Below, piece after piece: positions 19,563-30,128 of a DNA stretch of 49,202 bases; the first letter of the stretch is position 1; every line of letters starts with the position of its first letter. The stretch comes from Spirochaetales bacterium (GTDB taxonomy: Bacteria > Spirochaetota > Spirochaetia > SZUA-6 > JAFGRV01): assembly GCA_016934975.1 (NCBI GenBank), contig JAFGRV010000402.1:1-49202 (forward strand), written 5' to 3'. The translations under genes and the position numbers were made by a program. Under the pieces are notes generated by a model. That model was not told where the DNA came from. It ran no database searches and was given only the letters and a program-made list of their open reading frames with translations.

Positions 19563-19879
19563 CTTACCTCCATTAACTCATTTGATATACTAACTGTTGA
19601 CTATAAACCAGGGATTCTGAAATGTCAATTTTTAAGCATCATCAACGGAAGCTTCTTATTACATCAGATATCACATTGAAAACCTGAATCCTGTGCTACA
19701 GATGAGATCTATGGTTTCTGCCTGCACAAAAGTCAAGTTATGGAATTATCTGATGATAAAATTCAAGAAGAGAAATGACAGGGAAACTTTATAAAAAAGA
19801 GTTGATATGAATGGAAGTCTCATATACTCTACTCACATGGTTATTTTCCAAATACCATATAAATAGCAAGGAGAAAAAA

Positions 19880-20470
19880 ATGAACATAGTCGCGTTTAAC
19901 GGGAGTCCGACACAAGGTGGAAATACCGAGTACCTTTTAAAAAAAGTGCTTGAGGTCCTGAGTGAAAAAGGATTGGAGACGGAATTTGTTCAGCTTGGGG
20001 GCAAAAGCATTAAGGGTTGTCGTGCCTGTTTTAAATGCTTTGCAAACAAGGATAAAAAATGTTCAGTGACAGACGATGTGGCGAATGAGTGTATCACAAA
20101 GGCGATTAATGCCGATGCAATTCTCATCGGTTCTCCGACCTATTTTACGAATGTTACCGCTGAAACAAAAGCATTAATCGACAGGCTCGGTTTTGTTTCT
20201 TTGGCAAACGGAGGGCTATTAAAACGTAAAATCGGAGCCGCGATTGTCGCCGTTCGCAGGGGCGGGGCGATCCATGTATTTGATTCGATAAATCATCTCT
20301 TTCTTATGACGGAAATGATTATTGCCGGGTCAACATACTGGAATTTCGGATATGGGAGAACTCCCGGGGAGGCGGCGCAGGATGAAGAAGGCAATAAAAA
20401 CATGAAGAACCTGGGAGAAAATATCGCATGGCTTCTTGATAAGATCGGGGAGCAAAAAATCCGGGACTAA
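19880..20470 (+). CDS. Iron-sulfur flavoprotein (Isf/flavodoxin-like FMN reductase family)
   Basis: NGSP..GNT, CRACFKC...C, GSPTYF and RRGG; AGGAG SD. Confidence 0.9.
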   Translation: MNIVAFNGSPTQGGNTEYLLKKVLEVLSEKGLETEFVQLGGKSIKGCRACFKCFANKDKKCSVTDDVANECITKAINADAILIGSPTYFTNVTAETKALIDRLGFVSLANGGLLKRKIGAAIVAVRRGGAIHVFDSINHLFLMTEMIIAGSTYWNFGYGRTPGEAAQDEEGNKNMKNLGENIAWLLDKIGEQKIRD

Positions 20471-21252
20471 TCATCGACAAACACCATCTCTCCCGCAATA
20501 ACACGAACCGGAAATTTCTCCCCCTCCGGGAGAACAAGCAAGGCCCCGTCTTCATCAATTCCGGAGAGCAGACCTTCTGCAAGAACTTTTTCCGGTGTTC
20601 CGGCGATCACTTTCACTTTTTGCCCGCGGTTGTAAAGTCTCTTTTCCACCTCGAATTGAGGGTTCGTCGAATTTTGTCCGATATTCTCTATTTCCCGGTA
20701 CATGCACCCGAGAACCTTCTCACAGAGCAGTATCGGATCATTTTTCTTCCCGGTAATGGTAAAAATCGAAGCAGACGTATGTTTAAGATCTCCGGGGAAC
20801 AACTCCTGGTTACAATTCATTCCGATTCCGCAAAAAACATTCTCCCCGTCTGCTTCACACAAGATTCCGGTAATTTTTTTATGGTGATATAAAATATCAT
20901 TCGGCCATTTTATGGAAGGTGAAAACCCAAGATATTCCTCACAAAACACACAAAGGATAAACCCGATTATAACGGGAAGCCGTTCCACGGAAAAAGGAAG
21001 CATTGTTTTTTTTAAAATAATGGTAAAAAGCAGATTGCCTCCGGGATCGGACATCCATTTCCTTCCGGGGAAACGCCCCCTCCCTTTTGTTTGAAAACCG
21101 GCGCACACGACAGTCCCATGAACCGACCCCCGGGCGGCAAAATATTTGGCATCATCCATCGTTGATGTTGTCGATTCGGTGTAATAAACTTGAGCCTGAA
21201 ACCGGTTTTTTATTTTACCCGGATGATACTTTTTCTTTATTACATCAGGCAC
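20467..21252 (-). CDS. birA: Biotin-[acetyl-CoA-carboxylase] ligase (no HTH)
   Basis: STM, QTKGRGR, KWPND and KITGILCE. Confidence 0.93.
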   Translation of the reverse strand: MPDVIKKKYHPGKIKNRFQAQVYYTESTTSTMDDAKYFAARGSVHGTVVCAGFQTKGRGRFPGRKWMSDPGGNLLFTIILKKTMLPFSVERLPVIIGFILCVFCEEYLGFSPSIKWPNDILYHHKKITGILCEADGENVFCGIGMNCNQELFPGDLKHTSASIFTITGKKNDPILLCEKVLGCMYREIENIGQNSTNPQFEVEKRLYNRGQKVKVIAGTPEKVLAEGLLSGIDEDGALLVLPEGEKFPVRVIAGEMVFVDD

Positions 21253-23266
21253 CGTCTTCTTCCTGTTCTTTTGTCATCTTTAACTGGACATTCAGAATCG
21301 TCGGTACCGCCCGGATACTTTTTAACACTTTTTTAATATCGTCTTTCTTATCTATCTCTATGGTAAAATAAGCGGAAATAGTATCATAATCCTTTTCTTC
21401 AAGTTTCCCTTCGATGAGATGTCCATTGTATTTTTTTATCGCACCTTCGATCTCGGAAAAAATATCCGTTCCGGTCCGGGCAATAATTTTAACATGCCTT
21501 GTTACTTTCGAGCTGAAAGTCTCCCACTCGACATCGATAAGCCGGTCATTGATTTCTTTAATGTATTTGAGGTTGGGACAATTCTTCTTATGAATGGTAA
21601 TCCCGCGGCCCCTGGATATATATCCGGCGATGGTATCACCCGGTGTGGCATTACAGCATTTCGCGAAGCGTATCAGGAGATTACGTTCATGATCTACCAC
21701 AATCCCCACCCTGTTCTTATCGAAAAACTTCGTTGTTATCTGTTGTTTGCTTTTTTTAATATCCTGCTGTTTTTCAATACTCGGCCGGTTTCTCGCGATA
21801 ATGTTCTGCTCAAGAATGAGTCCCGGGTCATTCTGATTCAACCAATGCCTTATTTTTGCCCGCGCCCGTGCCGTTTTTGCGTATTTAAGCCAATTAAGAT
21901 GGGGCCGTGCATTTTGACCTGTCACTACCTCAATAATTTGTGCATTTTTTAATTCTTTTCTTAAGGGAATTATCACCCCGTCTGCTTTCGAGGCCATGCA
22001 ATGATTTCCGACTTCCGTATGAATATGGTAGGCAAAATCGATCGCCGACGCACCTTTGGGAAGTTCGATGACATCACCCCTGGGGGTAAAAACATAAATC
22101 GAATCTTTTAATAATTCCTGTTTAATCTCCTTAAGAAACTCACTGGTTACCAAATTACCATTATCCCAGGTTTTGAGCTTATTTATGAGTGGAATATCTT
22201 CCACCCGGAGACGTTCTTTGGTAAAACCCTTTTTGTAGAGCCAATGTGCCGCTATCCCGTATTCGGCGGTATTATTCATTTCGTAAGTGCGAATCTGAAT
22301 CTCGATGAGCTTGCCCTCATAGCACATAACCGTAGTGTGGAGACTCTGATACCTGTTCGACTTCGGCATGGCAATATAATCTTTAAACCTGCCGGAAATC
22401 GGCATCCAAAGCTTATGAACGATCCCCAGAATCGTATAACATTCTGCCTGTGTCCGGCATAAGATGCGGATTCCGAGGAGATCATAAATCTCTTCCAGAC
22501 GCTTTCCCTGCTTTTTTAATTTATAATAGATTGAAAAAAAATGTTTGGCGCGGGTTTTCAGCGTTACCTTTATTTCTTCCTGTTCCGCAGCCTTATAGAT
22601 TTCCTCTTTTACTCTTTCCAGGTACACGGCCCGTTCACTTTTTTTGCCCGAGACAAAAGTCTTAATCTGTTGATATACCTGGGGTTGCAGATATTTAAGG
22701 GATAAATCTTCGAGTTCATCTTTTAACCAGGATATTCCCAGACGTGCGGCCAAAGGGGCGTAGATGTCGAGACATTCCTGGGCAATTTTCTTTTGCTTCC
22801 CCGGATCCAGATATTCAAGAGTCCTCATATTATGGAGTTTATCCGCGAGTTTAATTAAAATAACACGGATATCCTTGACCATGGCAAAAAGCATCTTACG
22901 GATTGTTTCCGATGCCTGGACTGTTTTATTTTTTGCCCGCAATCCCGCGATTTTCGTGACACCATCGACAAGAAGCATAACCTCTTTTCCGAACTCTTTA
23001 CGAAGTTCGGATTTGGTAACCATCGTATCTTCCAGCACATCGTGGAGAAGTGCCGCAATAATAGATTTATAATCGAGTTTCAAATTTACCAATACCTGAG
23101 CAACATTCAGGGGATGAATAAAATAGGGTTCACCGCTCGCCCTTTTCTGATTATGATGAAGTCCCTCTGCCCACCGTGCGGCACTTAAGATATCCGATTT
23201 TTCATCTTCCGTATAAATATCGAGTAATTTGTTAAAATCGTCCAACAGTTTTGTTACTTGTCCCAT
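21245..23266 (-). CDS. relA: Bifunctional (p)ppGpp synthetase/hydrolase (long RSH)
   Basis: SGEPYFIHP, LLHDVLED, KLADKLHN, YQSLHT and EIQIRT, plus TGS, CC and ACT domains. Confidence 0.95.
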   Translation of the reverse strand: MGQVTKLLDDFNKLLDIYTEDEKSDILSAARWAEGLHHNQKRASGEPYFIHPLNVAQVLVNLKLDYKSIIAALLHDVLEDTMVTKSELRKEFGKEVMLLVDGVTKIAGLRAKNKTVQASETIRKMLFAMVKDIRVILIKLADKLHNMRTLEYLDPGKQKKIAQECLDIYAPLAARLGISWLKDELEDLSLKYLQPQVYQQIKTFVSGKKSERAVYLERVKEEIYKAAEQEEIKVTLKTRAKHFFSIYYKLKKQGKRLEEIYDLLGIRILCRTQAECYTILGIVHKLWMPISGRFKDYIAMPKSNRYQSLHTTVMCYEGKLIEIQIRTYEMNNTAEYGIAAHWLYKKGFTKERLRVEDIPLINKLKTWDNGNLVTSEFLKEIKQELLKDSIYVFTPRGDVIELPKGASAIDFAYHIHTEVGNHCMASKADGVIIPLRKELKNAQIIEVVTGQNARPHLNWLKYAKTARARAKIRHWLNQNDPGLILEQNIIARNRPSIEKQQDIKKSKQQITTKFFDKNRVGIVVDHERNLLIRFAKCCNATPGDTIAGYISRGRGITIHKKNCPNLKYIKEINDRLIDVEWETFSSKVTRHVKIIARTGTDIFSEIEGAIKKYNGHLIEGKLEEKDYDTISAYFTIEIDKKDDIKKVLKSIRAVPTILNVQLKMTKEQEEDGA

Positions 23267-24102
23267 AGCAATTTTCCCATGATCACCCGGTCTCTTGCCC
23301 CGAGATCTTTTATTATGGAAATATCGACGAATCCGCTTTTTTCCATGGTTTTTAAAAGCTCATCCATAGCCGGGGGGGATGATTCAAGAACAAGATAACC
23401 TCCGGGACAAAGAAAAGACGGTGCCTCCCGGATAAGCCGCCGGGTAACCTCACATCCGTCTTTGCCCCCGTAGAGCGCCAACCCGGGCTCGGGCCATCCC
23501 CGTTTCATCATATCATCAACCTCATTATCATAGACGTACGGCGGATTGGCCGCAATAATATCAAAACATCCGTCCAGGTCTCGCATCAAATCCGAACAAT
23601 AAAAGGCGAGTTCTTTTCCGAGAATCCGCCTGCAATTCAGGCGAAACACCTCTCCGGCATCAGGGGATATATCCGAGGCAGTGACTTCCAGGCCGGGTCT
23701 CGTATATTTCAGGCTGATGGCTATGCACCCCGAGCCGGTGCAGAGATCATGAACAGACCTGAAACCGGGATTTTCATCTAAAATTGTGATGAGGGTTTCC
23801 ACAAGGGTTTCGGTATCCGGTCTGGGGACCAGGACCCGTTCATCAACATAAAACTCCAGGCCGTAGAATTCTTTGGTGCGGCGGATGTACGACACGGGGA
23901 TGCCTTCGCAGCGTTTGCGCACAAATTCTTTAAATGCGGCGAAGGCATTTTCATCAACAGAATTCAATAGAGAGGCGAAAAGATTTTCTTTGGTCATTTT
24001 AAGGGCATGAGCGAGGAGAATTGTACTGTCAAGGATGGGCGTTTCAACTTCCGCATTTGTGAGAAGCGAACACCCCTCCTTAAGGGCAGCCTGAATGGTC
24101 AT
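23254..24102 (-). CDS. prmC: Release factor glutamine methyltransferase
   Basis: VPRPDTE, DLCTGSGCIA and NPPY. Confidence 0.95.
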   Translation of the reverse strand: MTIQAALKEGCSLLTNAEVETPILDSTILLAHALKMTKENLFASLLNSVDENAFAAFKEFVRKRCEGIPVSYIRRTKEFYGLEFYVDERVLVPRPDTETLVETLITILDENPGFRSVHDLCTGSGCIAISLKYTRPGLEVTASDISPDAGEVFRLNCRRILGKELAFYCSDLMRDLDGCFDIIAANPPYVYDNEVDDMMKRGWPEPGLALYGGKDGCEVTRRLIREAPSFLCPGGYLVLESSPPAMDELLKTMEKSGFVDISIIKDLGARDRVIMGKLLWDK

Positions 24103-24233
24103 GATACTCCTTATTCACTATCAAAAGGAAGCCACCGCCATTCACAGAATGGACTTTGCAGGTGGTCTTTTACTTATGGTGAAGGTAACAACCCGGATCC
24201 CGGCTTTATGAGCATCAACCGTCCCCGATGCTC

Positions 24234-25304
24234 TCAGGTGACGGTTGATTTAAGGAATGCTTCCCGGGCGCTTATTTTCAATGCGTCTATCATTTCAGTG
24301 AGATCACCTTCCATTATGTATTCAAGTTTATAAAGAGTGAGGTTTATCCGGTGATCTGTCATCCTGTTTTGAGGGAAATTATATGTCCGGATTCTCTCAG
24401 AACGGTCACCGCTCCCGACCTGGCTGCGCCGTTCTTTTGCCCGCTCTTCATGCTTTTTATTCGCTTCTTCTTCATACAAACGCGCGCGCAATACCCGGAG
24501 TGCTTTCGCCTTATTCTTGTGTTGGGATTTTTCATCCTGGCAGGTAACAACCATCCCCGTGGGGAGATATGTTACACGCACGGCCGAGTCGGTTGTGTTG
24601 ACACTCTGGCCCCCGGGCCCGGAGGACCGGAATACATCAAAACGTAAATCCTCGGGTTTCAAGACAATATCAGTCTCCTCAGCTTCGGGAAGCACAGCCA
24701 CGGTAACGGCGGAAGTATGTATCCGCCCGCCTGATTCCGTATCCGGTACCCGCTGAACCCGGTGGACACCGCTTTCATACCGTAAATCCGCGTAGACATT
24801 TTTACCGGTAACTGAAAATATTATTTCTTTGAATCCCCCGATTCCCGTCTCATGCATCGAGAGTATCTCTATTTTACGCTTGGTATTCTCCGCATACCGG
24901 GAGTACATACGATATAAGTCCGCGACAAAAAGAGCCGCTTCCTCACCGCCGGTGCCGGCCCGTATTTCCATAATAATATTTTTAAGATCCAGGGGGTCTT
25001 TCGGAATAAGAAGTAATTTAAGCTCTTCCAGAGACTCATCTTTTTTATGCTGCAGTTCTTTGAGCTCTTCCCGTGCCATCTCTTTCATCTCGGCATCGGC
25101 ACTCTCTTCGATAAGTTCCTTTGAACTCTCAATTTCTTCCGTAATGGCCTTGTACTTATGATATTCACTTACAATCTCCGAAACAGTTGCCAGTTCCTGC
25201 ATAAGTTCCTTGTACCGGTTTCTGTCTTTCATAATATCCGGATCCTGGAGTTGAGTCTGTAATTCCATGTATCGTGTTTCAATTTCGTCTAACTTGTCAA
25301 TCAT
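24234..25304 (-). CDS. prfA: Peptide chain release factor 1
   Basis: GGQ, the PDT (PxT) anticodon motif and RIRTYNFPQ. Confidence 0.97.
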   Translation of the reverse strand: MIDKLDEIETRYMELQTQLQDPDIMKDRNRYKELMQELATVSEIVSEYHKYKAITEEIESSKELIEESADAEMKEMAREELKELQHKKDESLEELKLLLIPKDPLDLKNIIMEIRAGTGGEEAALFVADLYRMYSRYAENTKRKIEILSMHETGIGGFKEIIFSVTGKNVYADLRYESGVHRVQRVPDTESGGRIHTSAVTVAVLPEAEETDIVLKPEDLRFDVFRSSGPGGQSVNTTDSAVRVTYLPTGMVVTCQDEKSQHKNKAKALRVLRARLYEEEANKKHEERAKERRSQVGSGDRSERIRTYNFPQNRMTDHRINLTLYKLEYIMEGDLTEMIDALKISAREAFLKSTVT

Positions 25305-25382
25305 ATAAGCTCCTCATCATGTAAACCGTTGCTTTAAATATCGTGATTTCCCATACCTCAAAATTCCGGGAGGTTTTATACA

Positions 25383-26015
25383 TTACACCGAAATGACATC
25401 TTCTACCGATTTTCCTTCTGCTTTATTGGCGCTAAAGATAAATCCGAAAATACCGCCGCAGGCTCCTCCGAGAATGTGCGCCATCTCGGCGATATTATTC
25501 TGCTCAAAAAACATCTTGTAAAACTCCTGTCCGAGGTAAAGAACGAGAACAAGAACAAAGGTAAGGGGAATTTCACCTCTTCTTACATTAACAAAAGATA
25601 TCAATAAAATGAGCATAAAGACAATCCCGCTCGCCCCAAGAAGCCCGGTTGAAAAGAAGAGCCGGTTAATAAGACCGGTTATGAATGCGGTAAGAACAAT
25701 TAATAGTAAAATCAATCCCGAACCATAACGTTCTTCCAGGATGGGACCTAAAAGCAGGATAAATGAAAAATTACCCACAAGATGCATCCAGTTCGCGTGT
25801 CCGGCTGCATGAGTAAAAAGCCTTATAATGTCCAGTGAAAACAGATGAAAAGGCACCGTATTTCCGGGAACGGAAAATAAATTCTGCATAAGAGCACCTT
25901 GCATAATATTATCTAATAACATCAGCCCCGAACAAATGAGGGCAAAAGAAAGGATTACCGGGGCATTATATTTTAACCGGAATCCACCTTTTTTATTTTC
26001 TTCCTGTTGAGCCAT
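25383..26015 (-). CDS. Rhomboid intramembrane serine protease
   Basis: HANWMHLVGN, GASG and AHILG. Confidence 0.9.
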   Translation of the reverse strand: MAQQEENKKGGFRLKYNAPVILSFALICSGLMLLDNIMQGALMQNLFSVPGNTVPFHLFSLDIIRLFTHAAGHANWMHLVGNFSFILLLGPILEERYGSGLILLLIVLTAFITGLINRLFFSTGLLGASGIVFMLILLISFVNVRRGEIPLTFVLVLVLYLGQEFYKMFFEQNNIAEMAHILGGACGGIFGFIFSANKAEGKSVEDVISV

Positions 26016-26283
26016 ACATTCTTACTCCTTTCCTTCAGGTAATGATAGTAATAATACTCTTCTTCAGATTGTTTCGCAAGCCCCAATGAGGCTGATGTAA
26101 TGGAAACACTCTCTCTAGTTCAAAAAAAACCAGAATATTTATGGAGAAATTATAAGGTTAGCTATCATTAATTAAAGACCTATTGAAAATAAATAAAAAA
26201 TGCATAGAATTATAAATACAGATAGTTATTCTGTTTGCCGGATATCTTGAGTCCGGTAAACACGCATTAACAGGAGTGTATTT

Positions 26284-26454
26284 ATGAAAGCTAAACAAAA
26301 CCAAATAGCGCAAAGAGCATATGAGCTTTTTTTAGCGCGAAAAAATCAGTCTAGTGACCATCTTGCCGATTGGTACCAGGCGGAGAAGGAAATCGTCGGC
26401 ACTACAACTAAAAAAACTGCCGTAAAAAAGACCACGAAGAAAGTCCGGAGCTGA
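26284..26454 (+). CDS. Small DUF2934-like protein with a Lys/Thr-rich tail (missing from the ORF track)
   Basis: MKAKQNQIAQRAYELFLARKNQSSDHLADWYQAEKEIVGTTTKKTAVKKTTKKVRS; AGGAG SD. Confidence 0.8.
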   Translation: MKAKQNQIAQRAYELFLARKNQSSDHLADWYQAEKEIVGTTTKKTAVKKTTKKVRS

Positions 26455-26944
26455 CACATAGGGAATAATCCGTTTAAAATCCGTTTTCATCTGTAGTAAA
26501 AAATTCTTCCCTTTTTATCATAAAACAGCAAATCGCTTGTACAAGCCCTAAATTTCCAGTGTGAACAAGAAAATGGGGCTTACGCCATGCAAACCTTCGG
26601 ATGAGAAAAATTTTAAGTATGGTCATAACGTTACAATCAATTTTTAAAAAAAACCATTTTCTTTTCGTAGAAAAAGTTCTATCTTAACCACCAATGTCAC
26701 TAATAAGCGGCTTTTAGAACAATATATTCATAAATAATTATTGAAAATTATTCCTTCCTCCCTTAAAATTTAATTATATTGTATAAGGGTTCACAAAGAA
26801 ATATGTTATTTTATAATGAAAACACATTCAAACAGGATAGGTTTCATGGTATTTATTTATAAAATGAGTTAAAAAAAATTTAAAGGTGTATTGTGAATCT
26901 TTATTTTTTTACAAAAGGAAGGAATTTGGGAATTTATACAGGAT

Positions 26945-28141
26945 ATGAATTATCAAAAAAACACGAGTAAAACCAAAGATCAATTGCTGCAAGAGATTAC
27001 GCAACTAAGAAATAAATTTCTTCTTATGACCGGAATAAGCGGGAATTACCCGACATCATATATTGATAAAGAAAACGGTATTATCACTACAGATACGAAG
27101 GGGCTGATACTCACGATTAATAAAACAGCCTCCGAGATTACCGGGTGGCCACCGGCACAGGCGGCTCACAAACCTGTCGATGAAATCCTTTCCATGGTGC
27201 AGCATAATTCCCATACGTCTTTAAAAAAAACCGTGATTGAATTGATAAATGAACAGGCGATTACCATCGCCACAATGTGCGGATCTATAAGGACAAAATC
27301 CGGAAAAAGAGAAGAGATTGAATATAGTGCGGCACCGATTATAGATGAAAAGGGGTGCGTTACCGGGACGATGTTCGTACTTCACCGGACGACTGAAAGT
27401 ATTCAGGTGGAAAAGGAACTTGTCCAGAGCGGGAAACTGAATACTCTTGCACTTATTGCAGGAAGAATCGCCCATGATTATAACAATATACTGACAATTA
27501 TCAGCGGAAATATAGCGATAGCCCGGACATGCGATTCCATAGATGACGAATTATTTAATATTTTCGCTGAAACAGAACAGGCGATAAACCGGGCAAAAAA
27601 TCTTACGGAAAAATTAAGACTTCTCTCAAAGGGGAGCAAACCGGAAAAGAAACCCTTGTGTATCCAGGAGCTTTTACAGGAGACAGTTCAGGTCATGCTC
27701 CTCGGCTCTGCCATATCCTGCACATTTTCTTTTAAAGAAGACCTGTGGCAACTGGAAGCAGATAAAATCCAGATAGAGCGGGTCATTCAGAATATTATAC
27801 TTAATGCAAAACAGGAATTAGGTGATGAGGGCAGCCTTAAGATTCAGGTCTCCAACGCCCTTGTGAAGGAGAGTGAAATCCCCGGATTAACAGAAGGACC
27901 GTATATACTCATCACCATCTCTGATAATGGTTCCGGAATACCCGGGGAACATTGTGACAAAATATTCGAACCCTATTTTTCAACGAAGCCCGGGAGCAGG
28001 GGATTGGGGCTTACGACAGCCGTAACAATTATACGAAGACACAAAGGCAATATCATCGTTCAATCGGAGAAGGAGAAAGGAACAACCTTCTGTATTTACC
28101 TCCCGGCAGCGATAAAAACCATGAATCATTTTGATACGTAA
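26945..28141 (+). CDS. Cytoplasmic PAS-domain sensor histidine kinase (no receiver domain)
   Basis: PAS (TINKTASEITGW), H-box AHDYNNIL, N-box NIILNA, DNGSG, FEPYFSTK and GLGL. Confidence 0.9.
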   Translation: MNYQKNTSKTKDQLLQEITQLRNKFLLMTGISGNYPTSYIDKENGIITTDTKGLILTINKTASEITGWPPAQAAHKPVDEILSMVQHNSHTSLKKTVIELINEQAITIATMCGSIRTKSGKREEIEYSAAPIIDEKGCVTGTMFVLHRTTESIQVEKELVQSGKLNTLALIAGRIAHDYNNILTIISGNIAIARTCDSIDDELFNIFAETEQAINRAKNLTEKLRLLSKGSKPEKKPLCIQELLQETVQVMLLGSAISCTFSFKEDLWQLEADKIQIERVIQNIILNAKQELGDEGSLKIQVSNALVKESEIPGLTEGPYILITISDNGSGIPGEHCDKIFEPYFSTKPGSRGLGLTTAVTIIRRHKGNIIVQSEKEKGTTFCIYLPAAIKTMNHFDT

Positions 28142-28249
28142 CGTTTACGGTATTGACAAGATTCACATTTGCCGCATATATGACAGGGAGATGTTCCGGC
28201 ACGGTGCGGGACAATTGTCGTACAGGATGTACGACTACCATCAACAAAA

Positions 28250-28275
28250 AAAGCAGGCCACAGATGGCCTGCTTT
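28250..28275. terminator. Hairpin terminator (A tract on the left, short T tract on the right)
   Basis: aaagcaggcca-caga-tggcctgcttt. Confidence 0.7.
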
Positions 28276-28353
28276 ATAATACATCAATCAATACTACCGG
28301 ATAATACTTTCATTCCGGGATAAAACCATGGATACGATAAAAAGGAGAAACTG

Positions 28354-28581
28354 ATGCCGATATATGAATATTCCTGCGGAGCGTGTCATAAAGATTTTGA
28401 GATACTTGTACATAAAAACAGTGACATTACATGTTCCAATTGCGGAAGTAATGAAGTATCAAAAAAAATAAGCTCTTTCGCCTTCTCTGTCTCACAGAAC
28501 TCGAAAGCACCAGGCTGCGCGTCTGATTGTCAGGAGGGTTTTCATAAAGGTGCCTGTGTAACATGCCAAAAATCTTGGTAA
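28354..28581 (+). CDS. FmdB-family zinc ribbon protein
   Basis: MPIYEYSCGAC...CSNCGS and a Cys-rich tail; AGGAG SD. Confidence 0.9.
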   Translation: MPIYEYSCGACHKDFEILVHKNSDITCSNCGSNEVSKKISSFAFSVSQNSKAPGCASDCQEGFHKGACVTCQKSW

Positions 28582-28610
28582 AATTCCAAGATTTTCAGTA
28601 TGTTACACTT

Positions 28611-28709
28611 AGCGTTGGCCCATACGTATGTCTTGACTCTAAAATAATTTCCGGGTGTCAAGAGATATATAGATTTTTTGTATTGGGTTGTGGGCCGTAG
28701 GCCAACGCT
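28611..28709. repeat. Nested inverted-repeat element between convergent genes
   Basis: Outer arms agcgttggcc/ggccaacgct; inner arms tcttgac/gtcaaga. Confidence 0.55.
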
Positions 28710-28744
28710 GCGGCAGCGGCATGTGCTGCGGAGGACATTAAAAA

Positions 28745-30082
28745 TTACTCTTTTTCCATCAGAGCTTTAATCTCCCCGGCTTTTTCCGTTGCAATATCAC
28801 CGTTTTTGGCTTCCAATCTGAGGCGTAAAAGGGGCTCGGTATTACTCGGCCGTACATTGAACCAGAAATCCCCCGCGTCTATACTCATACCGTCGAGGGT
28901 ATCAATATGATAAGCCCGGTAATGATCTTCTACATTCTTCATTGATGCTTCTTTATTTTTCACATGGATATTAATCTCTTCCGCCTGAAAATATCTCTCT
29001 TTAAGAGGTGCGATAAGACCGGAAAGAGCCTTGCCTCTCCGTACAAGAAGCTTAAGAAGCAAAAGAACGGCATAAGCGGCAGATTCGGAATAATAATGCC
29101 TGGATACCTTAAAATAAACATGCCCGGAAGTTTCCGCCCCGAAGATCGCATCGGTTTCCACCATTTTATCATAAAGATTCGTATACCCTACTTTTGATAC
29201 AACCGGAATGCCTCCGCATTCCCGGATCCTTTCGGGTAATACCCTGGAAGAGATAAGATCATAGACCACCGGTCGATTGGGATAAGATTCAAAAAGCTCC
29301 TCCGCGATCAAAGCCGCCATAAAATAATTTTGAATCATCTCCCCATTCTCATCAACAAACAGAACCCGGTCCCCGTCCCCGTCAAGGATCGCCCCTGCCG
29401 CCGCCTTCTCCTCTTTTACTGCCCGGGCTATCCGGACCCTGCTTTCTTTCTCAAGAGGATTCGGATTATGATGAGGAAAAGATCCGTCCGGTTCGGGATG
29501 CAATAAAATGATGTTTAAGCCCAGATTTTTTCCAAGGTGATAAAAAACATCACCTGCCGAGCCATTTGAAATATCAACGATAATTTTTAGGTGACAGGAA
29601 CTATCTCCCCAGGCTTTTTTAAGGAAATCGATATATCCCTGAATAGTCGCTTGTTTGTGAAAGGATCCCTTTTTAGTGACCACTTCATTTTTAAGAAGAG
29701 GAAGCATATCCCGGACCTTTGCAAGTCCTTTTTCAAGGCTGATGGAACCTCCGGTTGCATCAAACACTTTAAAACCGTGATATTCCGGGGGGTTGTGGGA
29801 TGCCGTGACCATAATACCCGCATCATAGCCCCCCTCCACCTGCAAATAATGAAGACACGGTGTGCTCGTCAGTCCTATTCCCACCACTGCGATTCCCTCA
29901 TCCACAAGACCTCGGATCAGGGCTTCGGATAAACTTTCCGAATGGATTCGCGCATCGTACCCCACCATATAGGTCTTTCCCTTCATAAGCCGGGCGATCC
30001 CCCGTCCCAGAACATAAGCGAAATCAGTATCAATTCCTTCGCCATACTTTCCCCGAATATCATATGCTTTAAAAATTTCCAT
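28745..30082 (-). CDS. Phosphomannomutase/phosphoglucomutase
   Basis: FKAYDIRG, TASHNP, DGDGDR, AETSGH and RPSNTEP. Confidence 0.93.
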   Translation of the reverse strand: MEIFKAYDIRGKYGEGIDTDFAYVLGRGIARLMKGKTYMVGYDARIHSESLSEALIRGLVDEGIAVVGIGLTSTPCLHYLQVEGGYDAGIMVTASHNPPEYHGFKVFDATGGSISLEKGLAKVRDMLPLLKNEVVTKKGSFHKQATIQGYIDFLKKAWGDSSCHLKIIVDISNGSAGDVFYHLGKNLGLNIILLHPEPDGSFPHHNPNPLEKESRVRIARAVKEEKAAAGAILDGDGDRVLFVDENGEMIQNYFMAALIAEELFESYPNRPVVYDLISSRVLPERIRECGGIPVVSKVGYTNLYDKMVETDAIFGAETSGHVYFKVSRHYYSESAAYAVLLLLKLLVRRGKALSGLIAPLKERYFQAEEINIHVKNKEASMKNVEDHYRAYHIDTLDGMSIDAGDFWFNVRPSNTEPLLRLRLEAKNGDIATEKAGEIKALMEKE

Positions 30083-30128
30083 CAATCTCTCCTTTTATCA
30101 TCAACCTCGATATATTTTTTACAGATTG

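Noticed and set aside
26460-26940. c-di-GMP riboswitch upstream of the kinase
   Set aside because: Only a GCAAAC fragment and a weak stem; the GNRA/receptor architecture is not recognisable.
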